Assembly: GCA_963822965.1 (NCBI GenBank)
Contig: CAWGJT010000005.1
Coordinates: 1,440,001-1,504,000, forward strand
Direction of reading: 5' to 3'
Source of the DNA: an uncultured delta proteobacterium
GTDB lineage: Bacteria; Myxococcota_A; UBA9160; UBA4427
DNA length: 64,000 nt
Shown: positions 18,793-28,202 of the stretch, in pieces
Position numbering within the stretch: the stretch's first letter is position 1
Layout: each line of letters starts with the position of its first letter
The notes under the pieces: generated by a model
The model's input: the letters and a program-made list of their open reading frames with translations, nothing else
Database searches by the model: none
What the model was told of the DNA's origin: nothing
Program-made: the position numbers and the translations under genes

Positions 18793-19307
18793 CCTGGACC
18801 GTGGCACGGAGGGAGCAGCGTTCGGGCGGCCGTGCCAGCAAGCTGCCTGTCAAGTTCGTTTCGTTGAGCCTTCGCTAAAGGCACCCGAATGCCCAGGTTT
18901 CGACCCGAAGGCGACCATTACCCCGGCACACGCCATCTCACACCGTCGCCGTCGACCCGAGGAACTCAGCCGGCGGCTCCCGGACACAGGCTCCTCTAGG
19001 CCGCCTCGAAGCCGCCACACCGAGTTGGGTCGGGTAGTGCCGGCCGAGGGTCACACCCCGCGCCTGCGAAGAGGTTGGCCCCGAGCGGGCGTCGGTAGCG
19101 CGCGCCGCGTGGGCGATCTCACGGCGAAACCGAACCGCCCGACCTGGCAACAGAGACGAATGCGCGCGGCGGCCTCTTCGACGCTCTGAAGCCGCGGTCT
19201 CCGATTCGGAGTCCTCTAGACGCGATCGCCAAGGCGCCGCGGAATCGCGGAGATTTCTCAGGCGATGCGGGGGTGGAGGCGGGACGTCTCTGCCACAGCA
19301 GACTGAA

Positions 19308-19395
19308 TGGCGGAGAGAGTGGGATTCGAACCCACGGTACGTTGCCGTACACACGCTTTCCAAGCGTGCGCCTTAAGCCACTCGGCCATCTCTCC
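19308..19395 (-). tRNA. tRNA-Ser(GGA)
   Basis: GGAGAGATGG..CACGC-TTGGAAA-GCGTG, long variable arm, GTTCGAATCC, 3' GCCA. Confidence 0.97.
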
Positions 19396-19453
19396 GGAAA
19401 CCAGTCTGGAGCCGCCGCAAGCCGGCATCACGCGGCCGGCTCGCGGTAAAGCA

Positions 19454-19544
19454 TGGCGGAGAGGGAGGGATTCGAACCCTCGACAGGGTATTAGCCTGTA
19501 CACCCTTAGCAGGGGCGCGCTTTCGACCACTCAGCCACCTCTCC
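19454..19544 (-). tRNA. tRNA-Ser(GCT)
   Basis: Anticodon loop CTGCTAA, long variable arm, GTTCGAATCC, 3' GCCA. Confidence 0.96.
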
Positions 19545-19707
19545 GCGCCGGACGGGCACTTTAACGCATCTGCCCCGGACGGGTAAAAAGAGCTTTGAAA
19601 TCGGCCGGGTAAGGGGGCGGGGTCCGGCTTTCCCCTAGGGAGCGGGCGCGCCCGGCTTCGGGTAGCTTGCAGGGCCCTGCGGTTGCAGCCAACCGGTGGA
19701 GCCCCCC

Positions 19708-20859
19708 ATGAGCGACGTGACCTTCGACGTCCAGGAGATCCTCGAGGAGAGCCGCAAGGCCGCCGGCCTCGACGACTTCGGGCCGAACGACTTCCGGCCG
19801 GGCCTCGAGATGCTGGCCGCCACCTACGACCGGGGCGGCCTCAACGAGCGGGGCCGCAAGCGCAACCGCCGCCGCCTGGTCGACCTGCTGACCACCCGTC
19901 TGCGCATCGAGGACGCCTTCAAGCGGCATCCCGAGATCCGCCAACGCCCCATCGTGAAGCCCATGGTGCTGACGGGCATGCCGCGCTCGGGCACGTCGGC
20001 CCTCTTCAACCTGCTGGCGCGCGACCCGGCGGCGCGGCCCCTGCTCTTGTGGGAGTCGATGTTCCCCGACCCGCTCGAGGACCTCCCGCCCGGGCAGTCC
20101 GACCCGCGACGCGACGCCATCGAGGCGCACTACGCGAAGGCTCGGGCCGAGAACCCCGAGTTCACGAAGATGCACTACACGGCGGCCGACAACCCCGAGG
20201 AGTGCGTGCTCGTCCAGGCGTTCACGTTCCACGGCGTGCAGATGGGCGTGGAGATCATGCTCGAGCCCTACGGCTCGTGGTACCGCCAGCAGGACCTGGG
20301 CCCCATGTACGCCTATTACAAGGACCTGCTGCGGCTGCTCGACTGGCAGCGGCCCGGCGAGCGCTGGCTGCTGAAGGCGCCGGCGCACATGTGGGGCATC
20401 GACCCGCTGATCGAGAACTTCCCCGACGTCTCCATCGTCTGGAGTCACCGCGACCCGCTCATGTGCACGGCTTCCATCTGCAGCATGACGTGGACCATGC
20501 TGCACCCGGTGGCGGACGTGACGCGCGAGGCGCTGGGCCCGGTGGTGATGGACTTCTACGCGACGTCCCTCGAGCGCGGTCTCGAAGCGCGCGACCGCCA
20601 CGACCCGGCGCGCTTCGTGGACGTCACCCACGACGACTTCGTGGACGACTCGCTGGCCGTCGTGCGGCGCATCTACGACCGCTTCGGAATGCCGGTGACC
20701 GACGCGGCGGAGGGCGCCTTCGAGGCGCACGTGGCCGCGAATCCCCGGGGCAAGCACGGCAAGCACGAGTACTCGCTCGAGGAGTACGGGCTCGACCCCC
20801 AGCAGGTGCGCGAACGCTTCGCGCCCTACGTCGAGCGCTTCCGCATCTCGGGCAACTGA
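19708..20859 (+). CDS. Sulfotransferase family protein
   Basis: PAPS-binding TGMPRSGTSAL, WLLKAPAH, HRDP. Confidence 0.92.
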   Translation: MSDVTFDVQEILEESRKAAGLDDFGPNDFRPGLEMLAATYDRGGLNERGRKRNRRRLVDLLTTRLRIEDAFKRHPEIRQRPIVKPMVLTGMPRSGTSALFNLLARDPAARPLLLWESMFPDPLEDLPPGQSDPRRDAIEAHYAKARAENPEFTKMHYTAADNPEECVLVQAFTFHGVQMGVEIMLEPYGSWYRQQDLGPMYAYYKDLLRLLDWQRPGERWLLKAPAHMWGIDPLIENFPDVSIVWSHRDPLMCTASICSMTWTMLHPVADVTREALGPVVMDFYATSLERGLEARDRHDPARFVDVTHDDFVDDSLAVVRRIYDRFGMPVTDAAEGAFEAHVAANPRGKHGKHEYSLEEYGLDPQQVRERFAPYVERFRISGN

Positions 20860-20936
20860 GCAGACGGCACGCGGGCAGCCGGAGCCCGCGAAGAGCCGCA
20901 AGCAAGGGCCGCAAGCAAGGAGCAAGGAGAGAAGGC

Positions 20937-22047
20937 ATGGGCGACGAAGCCGTCGACAAGGTGATGAGCGCTGCGGCGTGGACCGAGTTCTGCGACCTGC
21001 TGAAGAAGGCGGGGGACGTGATCCTGCGCGAGGACCTCGAAACCGACGCCTTCGACCGCGGCGAGGGGCTCCGCTACCTGTCGCGCCTGCTGCGCGCGGG
21101 GCTGCACTCGTTCGCCGAGAACCCGGGCCCGCTGAACCCGCGCTTCCGCACCATGCCCGACAACGTGAAGATGGGCCTCGACAACCCGGACAACTACTAC
21201 GTCGGCGCGCCCGTCAACCCGCGGTACACGTACCGCATCCGCGGCCGGCGGGGCACGATCCACTACATGAGCTTCGCGGCCCAGAGCCAGAACTTCGCCG
21301 CGCGCGAGAAGATCGCCGGCGGCGCCGGGCCACCTGGAAGACCGCCAGCTCGAGCTGCTGCCCGACGGCAGCTTCGAGATCATCGCCAGCCAGAAGGAGC
21401 ACCCCGGCAACTGGCTGCAGATGAACGAGCACACCTCGCAGATCCTGCTGCGGCAGACCTTTCTCGACCGGCTCTCCGAGAAGCCCGTGGAGGTGTCGAT
21501 CGAGTGCCTCGACGCCCACGAGCCGGCGGCGCCGCTCGACCCGGCGCGCGTGCCGGGAATGCTGATGGGCGGCGCCATGTACGCCATCGGCTGCGCCCAG
21601 TGGTTCGCCGACTGGGTGGTGGAGTTCAAGGACAAGGCCCCCGTCAACGCCTTCCACCTGCCCGGCGAAGAGCAGCACCGGCTCGTGGGCGGCGACCCGA
21701 ACATCCGCCTGTGGCTGGGACAGTGGGAGCTCGCGCAGGACGAGGCGCTCGTCATCGAGGCGAAGCCGCCCCGGTGCGACTACTGGAACTTCCAGCTCGG
21801 CAACATCTGGGCCGAGTCGCTCGACTTCCGCAACCGCACCGTCCACACCAACAGCCACACCACGAAGTACGCCGACGACGGCTCGTTCACCCTGGTGGTG
21901 GCCCACGAAGACCCGGGCCTGCCGAACTGGATGGATACCTCGGGCCACCGCCACGGCACCATGGGCCTGCGCTGGGTGCGCGCCGACGCCCTGCCCGAGC
22001 CGAAGTGCCGGGTGGTGAAGCTCTCCGAGCTGGCCGCCCAGGGCTGA
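20937..22047 (+). CDS. DUF1214-like protein; frameshift near 21330, probable sequencing error
   Basis: EGLRYLSRL, GLDNPDNYY, then in the next frame GHLED..PDGSFEI, YWNFQLGN.W.ESLD, PNWMDTSGH..G.M.LRW; usual sulfotransferase partner. Confidence 0.82.
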
Positions 22048-22085
22048 CGAACCTGCCGGATGGGCTGGCGGCCCGAGCCGACCGC

Positions 22086-22700
22086 ATGATTCTCGACGCC
22101 TCACTCCGCCTGGCAGGCATCGGTCTGCTGGCCACGCTCGCGCTGGCCTGCCACCGCGAGGCCGCTTCGGTGGCGTCACCCGCGACCGGAGTGTCGACGG
22201 CCTCCGTCTCCGCCGAAGCTGTGCCTGCGGCACCGGCGGCGGGCGCGTGCGCTCCCGTCGAAGCGCTGAACGCCATGGACACCCGACAGTCGGTTCCGCT
22301 GCAGCCGATGATGGCCTGGCACCAGAAGCAGGACATGATGGAGCACCTGGAGGTCATCCAGCGCATCACCGACGGGCTCGCGCGCGAAGATTGGGACGCG
22401 ATCGCCGAGGCGTCCGCGCTCATCGAGTCGTCGCCGCAGATGCAGCAGGTTTGTGAGCACATGGGTGCGGGCGCCGAGGGCTTCACCGAGAGGGCCCTCG
22501 ACTTCCACCGACGCGCCGACGCGATCCGCGAGGCCGCACTCGCGCACGACGGGCCGGGTGTGCTGCGGGCCACGTCGAGCACGCTGCAGGCGTGCACGAG
22601 CTGCCACGCGACCTATCGCCAGGACGTGGTCGACGCCGCGACCTGGCAGGCGCGGACGGGCTCCGCTCACGATCCCGCGATGATGGACGGCAAGCACTGA
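22086..22700 (+). CDS. c-type cytochrome lipoprotein (cytochrome c'-like)
   Basis: Lipobox LALAC; C-terminal CTSCH heme motif. Confidence 0.8.
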   Translation: MILDASLRLAGIGLLATLALACHREAASVASPATGVSTASVSAEAVPAAPAAGACAPVEALNAMDTRQSVPLQPMMAWHQKQDMMEHLEVIQRITDGLAREDWDAIAEASALIESSPQMQQVCEHMGAGAEGFTERALDFHRRADAIREAALAHDGPGVLRATSSTLQACTSCHATYRQDVVDAATWQARTGSAHDPAMMDGKH

Positions 22701-22751
22701 CGGTGGCTCTGCAGGTCGTCCCGGCCAAGGCGATGCTTCGGGCTCTCGGGC

Positions 22752-23654
22752 CTACTCGACGCGGAGCCTGGGCGTGCCGCCCGGGAACTTGGGTCCGGTC
22801 AGGTACCGCAGGGTCGACTCCTGGGTGCAGGAGGCGACGAGATGGCCGTGCACGTCGTAGAGCAGGCCTCGCCCGACGGCACGGCCGCCCCAGGCAGCGG
22901 GGCTGTCGAGCTCGAAGAGCATCCACTCGTCGACGCGGAAGGGACGGTGGAACCAGATGGCGTGGTCGAGGCTGGCCGTCTGCATGTCCATCGTGTTCAC
23001 CGGGTGGGGATCCAGTGCCGCCGACATGATCGCGTAGTCCGATGCGTACGCGAAGCACGCCTGGTGCAGCGCGGGGTCGTCGGGCAGGCGGCTGCGGAAG
23101 CGCATCCAGCAGCGGGCGCTCGGTGGCCGCACTTCGCGCGAGAACAAGCCCAGGCCGCCCACGGCCCGGATCTCGACGGCCAGCTCGAATTCGAGCTCCC
23201 CGATGGTGTCGCCGCCGGGCACCATCACACGTAGCATCGTCTCCTCGTAGCTCTCGCCCTCGGGCTCCGCGACCTCGTCCATCGGAATCTGGTGCTCGGG
23301 CCCCGTCTCGGGCATGTGGTGCGATACGAGCATCTCGAGGATCGGCGTGTCGTCCTGGCTCGCCACGACCTGGTTGGTCTCGAACGCCCGGGACCGGCGG
23401 CGCAGGTCGACGCGAAAGCGGATCGGCCGGGTCGGGTCGCCCCGCTTCAGGAAGTAGGCGTGGAGCGAGTTCGCGGGATGGCCGCGCGAGCAGTGCTGGG
23501 ACGCGACGAGCGCCTGGGCCAGCACCTGCCCCCCGAAGAGGTGGACGCCGCCGTGGCTCTCGCAGTCGCCTTCGAAAGAGTCGCCTTCGAAAGAGTCGTC
23601 TTCGACCTGGTTCAGGTTCAGGACCGAGAGCAGTCTGTCGATCGATTCCGTCAT
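22752..23654 (-). CDS. tesB: Acyl-CoA thioesterase II
   Basis: LFGGQVLAQAL, SLHAYFL, AYASDY, ASLDHAIWFHRP, VASCTQE. Confidence 0.93.
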   Translation of the reverse strand: MTESIDRLLSVLNLNQVEDDSFEGDSFEGDCESHGGVHLFGGQVLAQALVASQHCSRGHPANSLHAYFLKRGDPTRPIRFRVDLRRRSRAFETNQVVASQDDTPILEMLVSHHMPETGPEHQIPMDEVAEPEGESYEETMLRVMVPGGDTIGELEFELAVEIRAVGGLGLFSREVRPPSARCWMRFRSRLPDDPALHQACFAYASDYAIMSAALDPHPVNTMDMQTASLDHAIWFHRPFRVDEWMLFELDSPAAWGGRAVGRGLLYDVHGHLVASCTQESTLRYLTGPKFPGGTPRLRVE

Positions 23655-23714
23655 GGCGGCGGCGAGTCTACCGACTCCGGGCCGGCGTCACGTGAGCCGG
23701 GCCCGCAGCGCCCG

Positions 23715-24263
23715 TCAGGAGCCGGGCGGGCCGGTGCTCACCGCGGTCGCCGAGGCGGCCAGGTCATCGGGGGTCCGCCGGAAGGTGAGCTCGTAGTCGA
23801 GCAGGTCCGGCAGCAGGTGGGAGTGCGTGGTCACGTGCATGGTGAGGCGCCCGCCGTCGTCGCTCAGCTGGAAGCGCGTCTCCCGCTTGCCCTCGAAGCT
23901 CGATTGTCGCAGCACGAGGGCGCCGTGCTCGTAGCGGGCGTCGTGGGGGAAGTCCGGAGCCCCGACGACCTCGAGCCGGATGCCCGCGTCGCCCGCCCGG
24001 ATCTCGATCCGCTCGGGCACGCGGACGCTGCGCTCGAGGCGGCGCCGCGCAAGGCCGCGCAGCAGCGGATTGAAGCGCTCGACGAGGTCGTCGACCGTTC
24101 CCTTCAGCGAGCGCGCCTCCTGCTCGCCTCCCGCGAAGCCGTAGCTGCCGAGAAACCGGGTCGGGTCGAGGCGGGGCCCGGCACCGTCCGCCCACGCGGC
24201 GCCCGAGATCCCGAGCAGAGAGAGCATCAGCAACGTCAGCAGCAGTCGGGGGAGACGGGGCAT
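23715..24263 (-). CDS. Secreted hypothetical protein
   Basis: Signal peptide ending AWA; conserved in both repeat copies. Confidence 0.75.
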   Translation of the reverse strand: MPRLPRLLLTLLMLSLLGISGAAWADGAGPRLDPTRFLGSYGFAGGEQEARSLKGTVDDLVERFNPLLRGLARRRLERSVRVPERIEIRAGDAGIRLEVVGAPDFPHDARYEHGALVLRQSSFEGKRETRFQLSDDGGRLTMHVTTHSHLLPDLLDYELTFRRTPDDLAASATAVSTGPPGS

Positions 24264-24272
24264 GGGCTCGGA

Positions 24273-24899
24273 TCAGGTCCTCGTGAACTCGCGGATGAGC
24301 CCGGCCGCACCGCGACCCAGGCAGGCGACCGCCTCCTCGCGACCGACCTGGCCGGAGAGCCACAGCTCGACGACCGCCGGAATCGTGGCGGCGATCATCG
24401 ATGTGAGCACCAGCGCGTCCCGCTCGGGCGCGCCGGTCACCTCCTGCACGCGCGCGAGCCACGGGCCGGCGACCTCGGCGCGCACCTTGCGGGCGACGCT
24501 CTCGATGTCGGGGTCGGGGCCGGCCGAGTTCAGCAGTCGCCAGACGCCGGCGCCGTGCTCGGAGACGGCGTCGCACACGTCGTTGAAGAGCCGCTCGAGC
24601 AGCCCCTCGACGTCGGCCAGGCCCGCGTCGGCCAGAGACGCCTCGACGCGAAGCTGCAGCAGCTTTCCGAACTCCTCCAGCAGATCGAGCAGGATCGCCT
24701 GGCGGTTGGGAAAGAACTTGTAGACGACGGCCCGCGAGACGCCGGCGCCCTCGGCCACGTCCGGGATGCGAACCCCGTCGACACCCTGACTGGTGAGCAG
24801 CTCCGCGGCGACCACGAGCAGCTGGGCGCGGCGGTCGGCCGCCCACAGTCGTCCGTGGGAAGGAGGCTCGACGAGCTCGAGATTGCGGCGAGGGGGCAA
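24273..24899 (-). CDS. TetR/AcrR-family regulator
   Basis: HTH VAEGAGVSRAVVYKFFPNR. Confidence 0.9.
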   Translation of the reverse strand: MPPRRNLELVEPPSHGRLWAADRRAQLLVVAAELLTSQGVDGVRIPDVAEGAGVSRAVVYKFFPNRQAILLDLLEEFGKLLQLRVEASLADAGLADVEGLLERLFNDVCDAVSEHGAGVWRLLNSAGPDPDIESVARKVRAEVAGPWLARVQEVTGAPERDALVLTSMIAATIPAVVELWLSGQVGREEAVACLGRGAAGLIREFTRT

Positions 24900-25074
24900 G
24901 GGGGTTTCTCAGTAAATCCAGCGAAGTGACGAATTGTATAGATGTCTAGGCAAGGCGCAACCTCTCCGCGTGAGCGCCCTGGCGCCCGGCACCCCCCCCC
25001 GCGGCCCCTGGCTCCCGCCCCTGCCTCGCGTCCTCCGGTCTCGAGGACCCCATCCGGACCGACCGCTCCGGGAC

Positions 25075-25908
25075 TCAGCCCCAGGTCACCACGTTCTCGA
25101 GCAACCGGCCGTTCGGCACGCTCCACGACTTGGAGTCGCTACGGATCAGGGTCTCGGTGGCCCCGACACGCTCGACCACCCCGCGTTCGCCCTCGACGAT
25201 CACGAAGCCGTCCCGGGGCAGCGACTGCTTCAGGAAGTGACCGGCCAAGATATGGGTGACGATCGGGCGCGCGCCCAACGCAAACGCGAGACCCGCCGAG
25301 AGCACGATCGCGCCGACGACTGCGGTGAGCGGTGCCACGAGCACCTCGGTGGCGATCCCGAGCTGCTCGACCGCCACGAACCCGATCAGCACCACCATCG
25401 TCCACTGCACCGCCGCGCCGAGACGAGGCGCGCTGGCAAGGTCGGCGGCCGCCGCCGCCGAGCGAACGAACGCGCCGAGCAGGCGCGCCCCGAGCACGCC
25501 GAGGAGGGTGATCATGCCCGCGCCCACGACATTGGGGATGTACGAGATCAGGCGGTCGATGGTAGTCGTCACCGCCGAGAGCCCGAGCGTCTCGACCGCC
25601 GACAGGAAGGCCGTCAGCATCACCGCCCAGAAGACCGCCTTCGCCACGAGCTGCGACGCGGAAAGGCGGACCTGCGCCCGTTGCAACAATGTGGAGAGCT
25701 CGAGCCGCGCCGCGGCACGATCCAGTCCGAGTGTGCGCAGGGCGCGGCTGCTCGCGATCTCGAGGCCTCGCGCCAGCAGCCAGCCCACGCCGAGGATTGC
25801 GAACGCAGCCACGAGGTTCGGGACGAAGCCCGTCACCTTCGCCCCCAGCGCCGACCCGGTGTTCACGAAGATCTCCCGCCACGCCGCGATGTCCCAGAAT
25901 CCTTCCAT
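25075..25908 (-). CDS. CmpX/MscS-like membrane protein
   Basis: Repeated PNLVAA/YIPNVVGA TM helices, GLAFALG, short beta domain G.VERVG..VPN. Confidence 0.8.
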   Translation of the reverse strand: MEGFWDIAAWREIFVNTGSALGAKVTGFVPNLVAAFAILGVGWLLARGLEIASSRALRTLGLDRAAARLELSTLLQRAQVRLSASQLVAKAVFWAVMLTAFLSAVETLGLSAVTTTIDRLISYIPNVVGAGMITLLGVLGARLLGAFVRSAAAAADLASAPRLGAAVQWTMVVLIGFVAVEQLGIATEVLVAPLTAVVGAIVLSAGLAFALGARPIVTHILAGHFLKQSLPRDGFVIVEGERGVVERVGATETLIRSDSKSWSVPNGRLLENVVTWG

Positions 25909-26016
25909 GGTCCGCCTCCTGACCCACCCGAGAGCACGAGCCGACGGTCGACGGGCGCCGTGCCCGCGATACGCGACTCTGCCTTACCATGATCGTAGAC
26001 GAAGGGAGGAGGCCAC

Positions 26017-26838
26017 ATGACCCTGGAGTCCCAGATGGCCGACACGCTGGTGCGCGATCACCCGCGGCGGGCAGCGGCAGTCCTCGAGAGGCTGGGAACC
26101 GACGTCACGACGGCCTTCCTGAAGGGACTGGGCCCGGACGACCTCGCCCGGGTGTTGCCGCTTCTCTCCCCGCACTTCGGTGCCGCGGTGATCGCGGCCC
26201 TTCCCAATGCGAAGCTCGCGCAGATGCTCGAGCGGCTGCCCCACGACGTCGCAGTGCGGGTGGGACGCCGGCTGGGCGAGGACACCGCGGACGTGCTGGA
26301 CCGGCTGCCGGCGGACAAGTCCGACACGCTGCGCGCGCTGCTGCGCTTCTCGCCGGACACGGCGGGCGGCATGATGGACCCCCGCGTGCTGGCGCTTCCC
26401 GAAGACCTGACGGCAGCGGAGGCGCTGGGGCGCGTGCGTGAGATGCCGGAGAATGCCCGCTACAACCTGTACGTCGTGGACCGGGAGCAGACCCTGGTCG
26501 GGGTATTGAACCTGCGCGAGCTCTTTCTCGCGCGTCCCGACAGTCGTCTCGCGGACCTGATGGTGCGCAACCCCCAGCGGCTTTCGGCCGACGCCGGCCG
26601 CGCGACCATCGTGTCGCACCCGGGCTGGCGCGAGGCGCACGCAATCCCGGTGGTGGACGAGCAGGGCCGCTATCTGGGCGCTCTGCGCTACCGCACCCTG
26701 CGCCTGCTCGAGGAATCGATGCGCGTCCGGGAACCGAGCGAAGCACCCCGAGCGCTGGGCGAGCTACTGGCCATCGGTGCGGGCGCGCTCCTGAACGCCC
26801 TGACCGAGCCGGGCGATCGCGCGGACCGTCGAGGATGA
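26017..26838 (+). CDS. MgtE N-domain + CBS protein without TM domain
   Basis: DTAGGMMDP, LYVVD..LVGVLNLREL, IPVVDEQGRYLG. Confidence 0.85.
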   Translation: MTLESQMADTLVRDHPRRAAAVLERLGTDVTTAFLKGLGPDDLARVLPLLSPHFGAAVIAALPNAKLAQMLERLPHDVAVRVGRRLGEDTADVLDRLPADKSDTLRALLRFSPDTAGGMMDPRVLALPEDLTAAEALGRVREMPENARYNLYVVDREQTLVGVLNLRELFLARPDSRLADLMVRNPQRLSADAGRATIVSHPGWREAHAIPVVDEQGRYLGALRYRTLRLLEESMRVREPSEAPRALGELLAIGAGALLNALTEPGDRADRRG

Positions 26839-26845
26839 GCCCGCC

Positions 26846-28162
26846 ATGGCCCGGCACACCTCCGCATCGACGCTCGCTCTGGGGACCCTGGCACGCACCC
26901 TGCTCGAGGAGCAGCCCGATCGCGCCGCTCGACTGTTGGAGACCGCAGCGGACGCGGAGAGCGCCGAGCTGCTGGGCGAGCACGGCGCCGACCTCGCGAT
27001 CGGCGTGATCCGCCTGCTCACGCCGGATCGCGCAGCCCGGGTGATCGCGGCTCTCCCGGAGCGGGTTCGCGCCAGCGTGCTGACCGGGTTGAACCCGAAC
27101 CGCGCGGCCGCGCTCCTGGCTCGACTCGACGAGGACGAGCGCGAGGCCTGCCTCGTCGGCATGGATCCGAGCTTCGCCGACGAGCTACGGGAGCTGGGCC
27201 GCTACCCGCCCGATTCGGCCGGCGGACTGATGGATCCCCGGGTCGTGACCTTCCGTCCCGACGCCAGCGTGCGCGATGTCGTCCGGCGCCTCCGCCGCTT
27301 CCGCAACCGTCGCATCAACGACGTCTTCCTGGTGGACGCCGAGGGCAAGCTCGTCGGATCCGTGCCGTTGCAGGACATCGTGCTGGCTGGCAGCGGCGAT
27401 ACCCTCGGGAGCCTCGCCTCGGGCACGCCGGTCAGCGTGGAGGCACTGGCCTCCCGCGAGGAGGTCGTCCAGACCTTCGAGACCCACCGCGCCGCGAGCC
27501 TGCCGGTCGTGGACTTCGACGGCCGCATCCTCGGGGTGCTGCGCCAACGCGAGATCGTCCAGGCCGCCCAGTTGGAGGCCACGGCGAGCGCCGTCACGAT
27601 GGTCGGTGCCAGCGAGCAGGAGCGCGCCCTCTCCTCTCCCTGGTTCGCGGTGCGAAAGCGACTGCCGTGGCTGCAGGTGAACCTGTTGACCGCGTTCCTG
27701 GCGGCCGCCGTGGTGGGCCTCTTCGAGCAGACCATCGCCCAGGTGACTGCGCTGGCCGTGCTGCTGCCCGTCGTGGCGGGACAATCGGGGAATACCGGCG
27801 CCCAGGCGCTGGCGGTGACCATGCGCGGCCTGGCCCTCCGCGAGGTGAGGACCGGCCAGTGGCTGAAGGTCGCCGCCAAGGAGCTGACGGCGGGAGCCGG
27901 CAACGGTCTCGCTGTGGCCCTGACCACCTCGCTCGCCGTCTACTTGTGGAGCGGGTCCCCGGCCCTCGCGGGCGTGATCGGCACCTCGATGATCATCTCC
28001 ATGACCCTGGCCGGGCTCTCGGGCGCGACCATCCCGATGATCCTCACGGCGGTGGGGCAAGATCCGGCCCAGTCGTCGTCGATCGTGCTGACGACCGTGA
28101 CGGACGTGGTCGGCTTCTTCACCTTCCTCGGCATCGCCAGCCTGCTGGCGAGCTACCTGTGA
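26846..28162 (+). CDS. mgtE: Magnesium transporter MgtE
   Basis: YPPDSAGGLM, CBS pair, RLPWL, GNTGAQ, DPA..TTVTDVVGF. Confidence 0.93.
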   Translation: MARHTSASTLALGTLARTLLEEQPDRAARLLETAADAESAELLGEHGADLAIGVIRLLTPDRAARVIAALPERVRASVLTGLNPNRAAALLARLDEDEREACLVGMDPSFADELRELGRYPPDSAGGLMDPRVVTFRPDASVRDVVRRLRRFRNRRINDVFLVDAEGKLVGSVPLQDIVLAGSGDTLGSLASGTPVSVEALASREEVVQTFETHRAASLPVVDFDGRILGVLRQREIVQAAQLEATASAVTMVGASEQERALSSPWFAVRKRLPWLQVNLLTAFLAAAVVGLFEQTIAQVTALAVLLPVVAGQSGNTGAQALAVTMRGLALREVRTGQWLKVAAKELTAGAGNGLAVALTTSLAVYLWSGSPALAGVIGTSMIISMTLAGLSGATIPMILTAVGQDPAQSSSIVLTTVTDVVGFFTFLGIASLLASYL

Positions 28163-28202
28163 CCGGCACGCGCCTTCTCGTCCTGGCGAGCGGGTCCGAT
28201 GC

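Larger units (their letters stand above)
22698..24961. repeat. Direct repeat, copy 1 (tesB, hypothetical, TetR)
   Basis: Aligns with 33323-35343 at offset 10625 (10382 after the deletion in copy 2). Confidence 0.97.

Noticed and set aside
21320..21340. Programmed frameshift in the DUF1214-like gene (also near 43098, 46765, 47170)
   Set aside because: Small indels, at short G/C runs where I could place them, with no slippery heptamer; more likely sequencing errors. Needs read check.
19683..22700. 1005-aa ORF as one fusion protein
   Set aside because: Chance open frame linking off-frame sulfotransferase sequence, the DUF1214 N-terminus and the cytochrome c.
23564..23605. 15-bp tandem repeat in tesB (DSFEG-DSFEG)
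   Set aside because: Real and present in both copies, but only a short in-frame slippage duplication.
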